Origin: Candidatus Bathyarchaeota archaeon
Lineage (GTDB): Archaea > Thermoproteota > Bathyarchaeia > TCS64
Reading direction: 5' to 3'
NCBI GenBank assembly: GCA_963771885.1
Contig: CAVYVF010000023.1
Coordinates: forward strand, 160,001 to 224,000
Length of the DNA: 64,000 nt
Numbering within the stretch: the first letter of the stretch is position 1; every line of letters starts with the position of its first letter. Below, piece by piece: positions 19,815 through 28,505 of the stretch. The notes under the pieces are model-generated. The model was given only the letters and a program-made list of their open reading frames with translations, was not told the DNA's origin and did no database searches. The position numbers and the translations under genes were made by a program.

Positions 19815-20405
19815 CTATTCCCTCCTCTCTGATGCTGGGGGTGCCTGGTCGTACCATATCTCGCCGCGATCCTTCTTGAGCTGGCGCCGGTATGCGAAGA
19901 GGTAGTTGTAGACGGTCTTGTGGAACTTACCCCTGATCAGCATCATCACTGCCTCAGTCGCCGCGGGGAGGGACTCCACGTTGCCGATGAGGGCGACTGT
20001 GCTCCCGTAGACGCTCATCTGAGTCTCGGTGAGCTCCTCAATGAGTACCCTGCTCTTGCCTTCCTTGCCTATTATGCGGCCTTTTACTCTGTCCTGCGCG
20101 CTTCGGCTCGGGCCGACGTGCTCCTCGAGGTCGACTATGGAGAGGTCGAAGTCCTCGTTGGCGAGCAGCAAGGCCCTCTCGGGGCTGAAGCCTCTGCCTA
20201 TAGCCTTGACTATGTTTGCGACGATGAAGATTATGGAGACGTCGGGCTGGTCGGGGGTGAGCACTATCTCAACGTTTCCCGACTCGCTCTCTATGACTAG
20301 GTTGACCTTGAAGGTCTTCTCGATACGGCTCTTCACCTTACCTTCTGGACCGATGAGGACGCCGACCCTGTCATGGGGTATCCTGATGTAGTTACGCTTC
20401 TCCAG
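19815..20405 (-). CDS. KH-domain pre-rRNA processing protein (Dim2/Pno1/Krr1 family)
   Basis: In-frame extension (L)EKRNYIRIPHDRVGVLIGPEG (first KH GxxG), AIGRGFSPERA, RVKGRIIGKEGK; candidate start CTG at 20405. Confidence 0.9.
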   Translation of the reverse strand: MEKRNYIRIPHDRVGVLIGPEGKVKSRIEKTFKVNLVIESESGNVEIVLTPDQPDVSIIFIVANIVKAIGRGFSPERALLLANEDFDLSIVDLEEHVGPSRSAQDRVKGRIIGKEGKSRVLIEELTETQMSVYGSTVALIGNVESLPAATEAVMMLIRGKFHKTVYNYLFAYRRQLKKDRGEIWYDQAPPASERRE

Positions 20406-21186
20406 TCTTCACCCACTCCGTTAACTCTTTGTTGTCGTATACCTGGACGCCCAGCCTCGTGAAGTACGCGTTCACCGTCTCCACGTCGTGTTGTAGGAGA
20501 CTGGGGGCTAGGGGATGGTTGATGAGCATGGCTTGGCTCACGTCGAATATGACGGGCTTGTTCTCCCAGACCATAATGTTGTACTCGCTCAGGTCGCCAT
20601 GGACGAGGCCCGCCTTCTGGTAGAGGGTACGCATCTCGTCGGTGAGCATGTCGTAGAATCCGGCCGGGTCCTCGAGTGGCAGTTCTCTGAGGAGTGGTGC
20701 GGGGACTCCGTCGACACCTATGAAGGTCATTACGAGGATGTTCTTGAGGAAGTCAATGGGGCGAGGCGAGTTGACGCCTCCCTGCTGGGCGAGCTGGAGA
20801 TTGCTAAACTCCTTTTGCGTCCACGCGTAGACTAGGCTCTTCGTGTCTGTGCGGATGTGCTTGAATCGGGGGTCGCCTTCTATATACCTCATCATGCCTT
20901 TCCGGAACTCGGCCGTCGTCGTGTAGTAAATCTTGACGGCTATCTCCTTGCCGCCGGGGGCCGTTCCCCAGAAGACGTGTGCCTCTTTCCCCGCCTTGAG
21001 TACGCCCTTGATCTTGTCTATCTTCTTCTTCTGGATGAGCCTGAGGATGCCTTCCAGTGTAGGGCGGTCGAAGACTGCATCGTTGACATTGAACTCCTCC
21101 TGGTTCTTGTTCAGCATCAGAGCTGACTCTTCATGTCTCCTCTGCAGCTTCTCGGCCTTGCGTTCCATCTTCTCTTGGCTGGGCAC
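20392..21186 (-). CDS. rio1: RIO1 family Ser/Thr kinase
   Basis: GKEAHV, AVKIY, YIEGDPRF, W..KEF.NL, LVHGDLSEYNI, IFDVSQA. Confidence 0.93.
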   Translation of the reverse strand: MPSQEKMERKAEKLQRRHEESALMLNKNQEEFNVNDAVFDRPTLEGILRLIQKKKIDKIKGVLKAGKEAHVFWGTAPGGKEIAVKIYYTTTAEFRKGMMRYIEGDPRFKHIRTDTKSLVYAWTQKEFSNLQLAQQGGVNSPRPIDFLKNILVMTFIGVDGVPAPLLRELPLEDPAGFYDMLTDEMRTLYQKAGLVHGDLSEYNIMVWENKPVIFDVSQAMLINHPLAPSLLQHDVETVNAYFTRLGVQVYDNKELTEWVKTGEA

Positions 21187-21197
21187 GTGGGAATCAG

Positions 21198-21233
21198 CTA
21201 CTCTATCTTCAGTATGCCTCTCTGCTTGCCCAA
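21198..21233 (-). pseudogene. Mini-ORF MGKQRGILKIE*, possible internally deleted aIF-1A remnant
   Basis: TTG...TAG with GAGGG SD-like sequence upstream and a TATA-like ATTTTTAAG at 21272-21280; occupies the aIF-1A slot of the aIF1A-rio1-KH-top6BA operon. Confidence 0.5.
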
Positions 21234-21271
21234 GGGCGGACCCTCTCTCTCGGTGATAGCTGGGTGAGAGG

Positions 21272-21311
21272 CTTAAAAATCGTTCCTATAGGCGTTTAAG
21301 CCATAAACGCC
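21272..21311 (-). promoter_or_regulatory. TATA-like box plus adjacent 8-bp inverted repeat upstream of the rio1-top6 operon
   Basis: Minus-strand ATTTTTAAG (21272-21280); GGCGTTTA-N5-TAAACGCC at 21291-21311. Confidence 0.45.
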
Positions 21312-21469
21312 GTTTTTTAACTAGCACGCTTCAATTTTCCTTTATTTTCTGATCCAGTTTTATATTAAACGTGTTAATTCGTATTTAAGGGTAAATCTTG
21401 ACCCTCACGCGTCTGTTAACAAATCCGGCCAGTATTCAGGGAAAGTCGCGTCTTTGGTGTTTCGCTGCT

Positions 21470-22258
21470 TTAAGTAGAAGGCTTTGTGAGGGCTAGAAGT
21501 TCGTCAAGCAGCGGCTGGCGGGACGCCGCAACTAGCTCCATCGTAGCTTCCCTTGTAAGGGGAAAGTCGGCTCCGACCGAGCCACCTGTAGAGTAAGTTC
21601 CCCCCGCCTCGGCGAGTATGTGAAGGGCCGCGGCTACGTCTGTGGCGCGAACAGTGCCCCTGATGTCGAGGTGTGCGTCCAATGTGCCCGAGGCGACGAG
21701 ACTCAACTCGGTGGCGCTGCTGCCTAGCATGCGTATATACCTGCAGTGGCTGAGGAGCGGCGTGATGCGGTCTAGTTTCGGGGTTTTACTTATGTCGATC
21801 GAGATGAGGGCGGAGCGCGCCTGCCTAAGGACGGCTATTTTGATCTGGCGCCCGTTGAGTGTGGCCCCACCTCCGCGTGTCGCCGAGTAGGTCTCACCCG
21901 TGTAGAGATGCTTCACCACAGCTGCTAGTGTACCCGAGAACATGCCGTTGTCCGAGACGGAGAGACACGCGACGGCGGGGCTTAGTCCCCGAGCGAGGTT
22001 TGTCGTACCGTCAACAGGGTCGGCTATGATAACGGGTCCGCCCTCGCATACGACGGCGTTCCCCTCCTCGCTTATCAGCTGCGCGGCGACTTGCTGCGTC
22101 TGCAGAGATTCGATGAGCGCACCCTGGGCGGCCTCGTCGAGTAGTTGCTTGTACTCGCGGTTCTCGAGGCCCACGCCCCTGCGGCGTGCATTCTGTACTG
22201 CTGCGTAGATGTCGTCCGCCGCCAGACTGAGTGCCTTGAGCCAGTCGCCGTTGTCCAC
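21470..22258 (-). CDS. Inositol monophosphatase / FBPase (SuhB family)
   Basis: ISEE, ADPVDGTTN, RMLGS..ELSLVASG, DVAAA. Confidence 0.9.
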   Translation of the reverse strand: MDNGDWLKALSLAADDIYAAVQNARRRGVGLENREYKQLLDEAAQGALIESLQTQQVAAQLISEEGNAVVCEGGPVIIADPVDGTTNLARGLSPAVACLSVSDNGMFSGTLAAVVKHLYTGETYSATRGGGATLNGRQIKIAVLRQARSALISIDISKTPKLDRITPLLSHCRYIRMLGSSATELSLVASGTLDAHLDIRGTVRATDVAAALHILAEAGGTYSTGGSVGADFPLTREATMELVAASRQPLLDELLALTKPST

Positions 22259-22326
22259 GTCATCGCCCCTCTTAGTTTACACGGTGCCACACATCTATAA
22301 GGGGTAAACACAAATGGCGATGGAGC

Positions 22327-22923
22327 GTGGCTAGGATTGTGTCAAGGGTACTTCCAAAGGCGTTCTACGGTAGGAGCCCTGAGGTCGTTGCGCGTGAGCT
22401 TCTTGGGAAGAGGCTTGTCCGGGTCTTGGACGGCGAGCGGCTGGAGGGGATTATCGTCGAGACGGAAGCGTACCACGGCGGCGGCGACCCCGCGAGCCGA
22501 GCCTTCAACGGGAAGAAGGATTATAATACACCTATGTGGGACGAGCCGGGGCGCCTCTTCGTCTACAACGTCCACAAGTACTGGATGCTGAACGTCGTCG
22601 CACATGAGCTCGGGGGGGTTGGAGGCGTTCTCTTCAGGGCAATCGAGCCTAAGATAGGGGTCGAAGTGATGCTAAGGAGACGCCCTGTGATCGATGTGAG
22701 GGAGCTGACGAGCGGACCCGGGAAACTGAGCGTCGCCCTCGGTATCACACGTGGACTGAATGGGCTACCCGTAACCGACGTAGGGTCTCCAGTTCATATC
22801 CTCGATGTCCCACTCATGAACGAGTGCAAAACCAGCCACAGAATAGGTGTCACACGTGACCTCCCCGAGGAGCTCAGGTTCTACGTCCCCGGGAACCCCT
22901 ACGTCTCGCGCCATTCCAAATAA
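22327..22923 (+). CDS. mpg: 3-methyladenine DNA glycosylase (MPG/AAG family)
   Basis: VARELLGK, IVETEAY, DPAS, VLFRAIEP, SGPGKL, RIGV. Confidence 0.93.
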   Translation: MARIVSRVLPKAFYGRSPEVVARELLGKRLVRVLDGERLEGIIVETEAYHGGGDPASRAFNGKKDYNTPMWDEPGRLFVYNVHKYWMLNVVAHELGGVGGVLFRAIEPKIGVEVMLRRRPVIDVRELTSGPGKLSVALGITRGLNGLPVTDVGSPVHILDVPLMNECKTSHRIGVTRDLPEELRFYVPGNPYVSRHSK

Positions 22924-22988
22924 GGGGTATAAACAAGACTTCCCTGACGATGCCTGACTGAATACCGTGTCTTATAGGGTTAAGAAAT

Positions 22989-23135
22989 ATGGACAAGACT
23001 TTCTTGCATTGACGTGAGGCCTCCGTCTGTGAGGTGGCTAAGATGATAGCGAACTGGGAGCGCGACTACCATTCGACATCCGGGGACTACGTCTACAGTC
23101 AGTGAAGGATATTTTACACTGGTCCTTTCCAATAG
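22989..23135 (+). pseudogene. Possible decayed CBS-domain gene fragment
   Basis: MDKTFL..(ID)..EASVCEVAKMIA...VSE-DIL readable only across stops and frameshifts. Confidence 0.25.
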
Positions 23136-23148
23136 GTTGAGTGGAAGC

Positions 23149-24309
23149 TTAGGGCCTCCAGATAGTAACAACGCCGCTCTGCTCGAGCTCCTCGATCTGC
23201 TTCGGTGTCTTCTTTAACACGGTCCTGAGCACCTCCTCGGTATACTGGCCGATAACGGAGGCACCGGTTTTAATCTCACCAGGGGTCTCACTGAACTCTG
23301 CGGGGAATTTTGGTATTTTGTAGCTGCCTGCGAGCGGGTGGGGAACCTCAACGAAGGTCTTCCTCGCGATGAGGTGGGGGTCTTCGAATCCCTCGTACGC
23401 CTCGTAGATGGGGGCACTTGGTACATCGAAGCTGACGAGCCACTCGAATGCCTCCTTCCTCGTCATCGTTGAGAGCTTCTCCTTTACGAAGTCGAGTGTG
23501 ACCTCCTCTACACCGAGCTTTTCCTTCATCTCCTCGACCGCCTTGGGGCGGCTGCCCGCGATCTGGACCCAGCCGTCCTTGACCTTGACAACTCCCCAGA
23601 GCTCGCTGGGTGGGCGGACGCGTTTCTGCCTCCTCGTTAGGGGGCTCTCCTTGAAGAGGTCGTAGGCAACTGTCTCGCAGCAGTTGAAGCTGACCATGGT
23701 GTCGACTTGGTTTACGTCGATCATCTGGCCCTTGCCGGTCATGTCGCGGTGGCGAATAGCGGCGAGTATGGCGAATGCCGCCATTGTACCGGGGCCGATA
23801 TCTCCGAGAGCGCCCGCCATCTGGACGGGGTCGTGCTCAGGGTTTATGCTCTTACCCGTAGCATATGTGTGGCCGCTTATCGCCTCGGCGACGACGGCGT
23901 AGCTCCCATACCTGCTGTAGGGGCCGTACTGTCCGAAACCACTGAGGGCGGCATAGATGATGTTGGGCTTTATATCCTTGAGGACGTCATAACCGAGGCC
24001 GAGGCGCTCCATGGCGCCGGTTGCGAAGTTCTGGACGACGACATCCGACTCCGCCACGAGCTCCTTCACGAGGGCGATACCCTCAGGCTTCTTCATGTCG
24101 ACGGCGATGCCCTTCTTGCCGCAGTTGACTGCCATGAAGCTGGTGGAGGAACCCTTGTAGAGCTCCCCGGGGCCGAGTCTGCCTATATTGCCCCAGGGGG
24201 GTTCGACTGTGATGACGTCAGCGCCGAGACCTGCGAGCATCATTGTGCAGTAGGGGCCAAACCAAACGTGTGTGAAGTCGAGGACCTTGATGTCTTCGAG
24301 TATCTTCAT
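23149..24309 (-). CDS. Family III CoA-transferase (CaiB/BaiF)
   Basis: IKVLDFTH..GPYCTMMLA.LGADVI.VE, N.GKK, DVVVQNF, LGLGY, SGFGQYGP. Confidence 0.92.
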   Translation of the reverse strand: MKILEDIKVLDFTHVWFGPYCTMMLAGLGADVITVEPPWGNIGRLGPGELYKGSSTSFMAVNCGKKGIAVDMKKPEGIALVKELVAESDVVVQNFATGAMERLGLGYDVLKDIKPNIIYAALSGFGQYGPYSRYGSYAVVAEAISGHTYATGKSINPEHDPVQMAGALGDIGPGTMAAFAILAAIRHRDMTGKGQMIDVNQVDTMVSFNCCETVAYDLFKESPLTRRQKRVRPPSELWGVVKVKDGWVQIAGSRPKAVEEMKEKLGVEEVTLDFVKEKLSTMTRKEAFEWLVSFDVPSAPIYEAYEGFEDPHLIARKTFVEVPHPLAGSYKIPKFPAEFSETPGEIKTGASVIGQYTEEVLRTVLKKTPKQIEELEQSGVVTIWRP

Positions 24310-24358
24310 TTTTGAATCGTGTTGATGGGGCAGAGGATACTGATAATACTTGCGCGTG

Positions 24359-25435
24359 TCAAAAGGGAAGCTGGTGCTTCGTTAGGCCGCACTCCTCGTG
24401 GAGCTGGAGTAGCTCCTTCTGAAGGCTCTTGTTGAGGGGGATGCCTGTCTTCTTGCGTTCCCGCCAGGTGAGGTACTCTTTCTCGCCGGCGGTGTAGATG
24501 TGGTCGTGCCCCGGCATCCTGCGCGAGGCGCGTAGCCCGCGGAGTATATTACCAGTCATCTTCTTGAAGGCGTCCAACTCGGTGAACGCCTCGACATCGA
24601 CTGCCATGAAGAAGTGACCGAGGTTCGTGCCGGTGAGCGCCTTGAGGAAAGCGCCGCCCTGAAGACTGGCGCTGAGTATCTCGACGACTGTGGCGTAGCC
24701 ATAGCCCTTGTAGCCGCCCGTCTCCGCGGGGCCGCCGATGGGGAGGAGTGCTGCCCTATCTCGTGTGAGGTCTCGGAGGATCTCATCGGGGTCGGTCATG
24801 TAGCTGCCTTCGGCATCTATTACGAGCCCATCGGGTACCTTCTTGCCCTCGCGTGCGTAGACCTCGACCTTGCCGCGCTGTATGATGCTGGTGGCGCAGT
24901 CGAGCATGAACGGAAACTCCTCATCGGTGGGCATGCCGAAGGTCAGGGGGTTTGTGCCGAGCATGTTCTCTGTGCCGTAGGTTGGGGGAATTGAGGGGCG
25001 GGCATTCGTGCCGACGATGCCTATCATACCCTCGTCGACGGCCATCTGGGCGTAGTAGCCCGCGATACCGAAGTGCGTGCTGTTGCGAGCGGCGACCATG
25101 CCCATGCCGAGTTTCTTTGCCTTCTCGATTGCCATATTCATCGACTTGGCGCTGACGATCATCCCCATCCCGTTGTGCCCGTCGACGACTGCTGTTGTAG
25201 GGCCCTCTCGGATGACCTCGAACTCGGTGACGGGGCTCTGCTTCTTGGCTTGGATGCGGTCGTAGTAGATGGGCTTGAGGCGGCTGATACCGTGGCTGTC
25301 GATACCCTGCCTGTCTGCAGCGATGAGCACTTCCGCACATATCTCGGCGTCTCCCTCCGGTACACCCACCTTCCTGAAGACGTCGACCATAAAGCTACGG
25401 AGCTTATCGATCTCTACCCAGACTACTTCCGGCAT
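24359..25435 (-). CDS. Ldh_2 family NAD(P)-dependent 2-hydroxyacid dehydrogenase (ComC/AllD-like)
   Basis: GIDSHG, NSTHFGIAGYY, LGTNP, LDCATS, GYKGYG. Confidence 0.9.
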   Translation of the reverse strand: MPEVVWVEIDKLRSFMVDVFRKVGVPEGDAEICAEVLIAADRQGIDSHGISRLKPIYYDRIQAKKQSPVTEFEVIREGPTTAVVDGHNGMGMIVSAKSMNMAIEKAKKLGMGMVAARNSTHFGIAGYYAQMAVDEGMIGIVGTNARPSIPPTYGTENMLGTNPLTFGMPTDEEFPFMLDCATSIIQRGKVEVYAREGKKVPDGLVIDAEGSYMTDPDEILRDLTRDRAALLPIGGPAETGGYKGYGYATVVEILSASLQGGAFLKALTGTNLGHFFMAVDVEAFTELDAFKKMTGNILRGLRASRRMPGHDHIYTAGEKEYLTWRERKKTGIPLNKSLQKELLQLHEECGLTKHQLPF

Positions 25436-25483
25436 GTCTTACCAGCCTAGTGGTGGCACGATGCGCGGATTTAAAATGGTTGG

Positions 25484-26965
25484 CTACTCCGCCCAGCTGA
25501 GTGAGCGTGTAACGGCTTCGCGCCAGCGGGAGTAGAGGCTTTCCCGCTCTGCCTCGTCCATCGAGGGCTCGTAGACTCTCTCCGCGTGCCATACTTTCGG
25601 GAGTTCTTCCCGTCTCCAATAACCGACTGCAAGTCCCGCGGCGAAGGCGGCTCCGAGGGCAGTAGTCTCAGTGTTGCTGGGGCGAACGACTCGCCTTCCG
25701 AGGACGTCTGCCTGGAACTGCATGAGGAAATCGTTGCGCGTGGCTCCGCCGTCGACACGTAGCTCGCGTAGCCTGACGCCGCTCTCCGCTTCCATTGCAT
25801 CGGATACGTCGCGGGTGAGGTAGGCTATCGCCTCGAGGGTGGCTCGGGTGATGTGTGCTCTGCCCGTGCCACGGGTTAACCCGAGTATGGTGCCCCGTGC
25901 GTATTGGTCCCAGTGGGGCGCACCGAGCCCCGTGAGGGCAGGGACGAGGTAGACGCCGTCGTTGCTGGTTAAGCTCGCGGCGAGTCGCTCTGCATCACGG
26001 GGGTTCTTCACTAAACCCGCGTCCCTGAGCCACTCGACAGCGGCGCCGGTGCAGAAGACGCTCCCCTCGAGGGCGTATGTCGTCGAGCCTCCAATATCCC
26101 ATGCGACGGTCGTAAGTAGGTGTTCCGACCTCGTGAGCTCAGTCCCCGTGTTCATGAGCATGAAGCTGCCAGTGCCATAGGTACACTTTGCGTCACCCGC
26201 CCCGAGGCAGGTCTGGCCGAGGAGCGCCGCCTGCTGGTCGCCGAGGTCACCGGTTATAGGTATGCTCGCGCCGAGGAGTTTCGGGTCCGTGTGCCCGATG
26301 AAGCCGCTAGACGGTACCGGCTCGGGTAGCATCGCCTCAGGGACGCCCATGAGATCGAGAAGCCCCGCGTCCCAGCGTAGCTTCCTGATGTCGAAGAGCA
26401 TGGTCCGGCTGGCGTTCGAGTAATCGACTGCGTGTACCTTGCCGCCTGTTAGTTTCCAGATGAGCCAGGAGTCGACGGTACCGAAGAGTATCTCGCCGTG
26501 CTCCGCCCTGGCGCGCAGTCCGGGAACGGCATCGAGCACCCACCTGATCTTCGGGCCGCTGAAGTATGAGTCGGGGATGAGTCCTGTTTTCTCCTTGATC
26601 TCAGAGGCGTGGGGACGGAGTCTTTCGACCATCTCCGCTGTGCGTCTACACTGCCAGACTATCGCGTTGTGGATTGGTTCCCCCGTCGTCCTATCCCAGA
26701 GGATCGTAGTCTCCCGCTGATTGGCCATGCCTAGCGCGGCAATCTGTGACGGGTCTATGTTGGCCGCCCTTATCGCCTTCCTCGCGGCACGCAGTTGCGC
26801 CTGCCAGATGTCCACAGGATCCTGCTCGACCCACCCCGGTTGGGGATAATACTGTCTGATTTTGAACTGCCCCGAGGAGATCAGCTCGGCCTCGTGATCT
26901 AACAGCAGGGCTCGCGCGCTCGTCGTCCCCTCGTCGAGGGCCAGAACGAATCCGTCTCCTGGCAT
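25484..26965 (-). CDS. glpK: Glycerol kinase
   Basis: [52 protein letters not shown]. Confidence 0.93.
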   Translation of the reverse strand: MPGDGFVLALDEGTTSARALLLDHEAELISSGQFKIRQYYPQPGWVEQDPVDIWQAQLRAARKAIRAANIDPSQIAALGMANQRETTILWDRTTGEPIHNAIVWQCRRTAEMVERLRPHASEIKEKTGLIPDSYFSGPKIRWVLDAVPGLRARAEHGEILFGTVDSWLIWKLTGGKVHAVDYSNASRTMLFDIRKLRWDAGLLDLMGVPEAMLPEPVPSSGFIGHTDPKLLGASIPITGDLGDQQAALLGQTCLGAGDAKCTYGTGSFMLMNTGTELTRSEHLLTTVAWDIGGSTTYALEGSVFCTGAAVEWLRDAGLVKNPRDAERLAASLTSNDGVYLVPALTGLGAPHWDQYARGTILGLTRGTGRAHITRATLEAIAYLTRDVSDAMEAESGVRLRELRVDGGATRNDFLMQFQADVLGRRVVRPSNTETTALGAAFAAGLAVGYWRREELPKVWHAERVYEPSMDEAERESLYSRWREAVTRSLSWAE

Positions 26966-27016
26966 CGGTGAATACCACGCCTGGTTCGGCTATGAAACTA
27001 TCTAAAAAGCAGCCGC

Positions 27017-28312
27017 TTAGGTGACGGTACCCCTATCATCGTTGTACTTCTGGTACTCCTTGTTATCGATGACGCCCTTGAGGTGTTGGGCGACCTTCCA
27101 GACATCGTGGTATCCGATGTAGAGGGGGATTGGGGCGAGGCGCATGATGTTCGGCGGACGGAAGTCGGGTATAACGCCTCGAGTGATGAGAGCTTGGTTG
27201 ATCCTCCACCCCTCCTTGTGGGCGACGCCGACGTGACCGCCTCTCCTCTCCGGCTCGCGGGGTGTAGCGATTGTGTAATTGTACGGCGCCTTCCCCAGAA
27301 GCTCGTCGATGAGGTACATGAGGTACCCCGTGATCTTGAGCGACTTTTCCCTGATGCGCTCAATTCCTGCCTCACGCATGATTCGGAGCGAGCCCTCGAG
27401 AGGCGCGGCGCTGAACATGTTTATGGTGCCTATCTGCCATGCGGAGGCTGTCCTCGCCGGGTCGAAGCGAGTCTCCATGTTGAACATCGTTGAGCGATTG
27501 TTCCCCCACCACCCAGCCAACCCTGGGCGTACGCCGAATAAGCGTCTGTTGACGTAGAGGCTCGCTGTGCCGCCGGGGCCCGCGTTCATGTACTTGTAGT
27601 TGCACCAGAAGGCGAAGTCCACGTCCCAATGGTCGAAGAAGTGGGGGACGACGCCGACACTGTGGCTGCAGTCGAATCCTATCCATATCTTCTTGCGGTG
27701 TGCCGCCTTGGTGAGACGCGCCATGTCGGCGAGCTGCCCCGATTTGTAGTAGACGCTCGGGAGAAGGGCAAGCGCCACCTCCCCCGTCATATGCTCGATG
27801 ATGTCCTCCTCCTCGATCAATCCATTCCTCCCCTTTACGAGGATCAGGTCCTTCTCGGGGTCGCCTCCCCTGAGGATTATCTCAGCGGCGAGGGCGTAGA
27901 GGTCGCTCGGGAAATTGAGTTCGTCGGCGAGAATCTTTCTGCGCCTCCCCTTGGGCTCATAGAATGTCGCGACTAGGTTGTGGAGGTTGACGGTTGTGCT
28001 GTTTGTGACGACGACCTCGCCGGGTCCCGCCCCGACTAGGGGCGCCTCGAGGTCGCCGAGGGTCTCCCCGTAGTTGATCCAGGGTATCTTGCCCCTACCC
28101 CAGCCGGCGATGCCTAGGGTCTTCCACTCGTTTGCGACTCTCATCAACGTCTCTTCAGCGTCTTTACTCATCAGCCCGAGGCTGTTGCCATCCATGTAGA
28201 TGCTGTTCGGGACGTGGTGAAACCTACCCCTGAAGACGGCGAGCGGGTCCTCAGCGTCCATCCTGAGGGCGAAGTCCTCGCCGAGCTCGTACATCTGCGT
28301 CTTACCCTTCAT
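27017..28312 (-). CDS. kynU: Kynureninase
   Basis: YMDGNSLG, NFPSDLY, FDCSHSVG, FWCNYKYMNAGPG (PLP Lys), PGLAGWW, DFRPP..RLAP; start at ATG 28312 or 28294. Confidence 0.92.
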   Translation of the reverse strand: MKGKTQMYELGEDFALRMDAEDPLAVFRGRFHHVPNSIYMDGNSLGLMSKDAEETLMRVANEWKTLGIAGWGRGKIPWINYGETLGDLEAPLVGAGPGEVVVTNSTTVNLHNLVATFYEPKGRRRKILADELNFPSDLYALAAEIILRGGDPEKDLILVKGRNGLIEEEDIIEHMTGEVALALLPSVYYKSGQLADMARLTKAAHRKKIWIGFDCSHSVGVVPHFFDHWDVDFAFWCNYKYMNAGPGGTASLYVNRRLFGVRPGLAGWWGNNRSTMFNMETRFDPARTASAWQIGTINMFSAAPLEGSLRIMREAGIERIREKSLKITGYLMYLIDELLGKAPYNYTIATPREPERRGGHVGVAHKEGWRINQALITRGVIPDFRPPNIMRLAPIPLYIGYHDVWKVAQHLKGVIDNKEYQKYNDDRGTVT

Positions 28313-28381
28313 GGCTGATGTTGGCGTGGCAGAGCCTAAAAGACCGTCGCCCTTTTCCTCACCGATTCCAAACAATCCACT

Positions 28382-28483
28382 ATGGAGACCCCGACGCTTA
28401 CAACAGTGCGCCTTCTCTTTCGACCCGCTACCCAAGCGGACGTGCCATTCATCACATGCCTCTTCAGCAGGAGCGCGCGCTGA
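28382..28483 (+). pseudogene. Truncated RimJ/RimL-type GNAT N-terminal remnant
   Basis: METPTLTTVRLLFRPATQADVPFI...*, matching the P-x-L-x-T-x-RL-x-LRP start of RimL-type acetyltransferases; only 33 aa. Confidence 0.5.
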
Positions 28484-28505
28484 CTGAGGCGGTCCGCGAG
28501 CTTGG

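Noticed and set aside
21281..21469. Replication origin or dif site
   Set aside because: No ORB-like repeats, no adjacent cdc6/orc1, and no 11-6-11 TAA-N6-TTA palindrome
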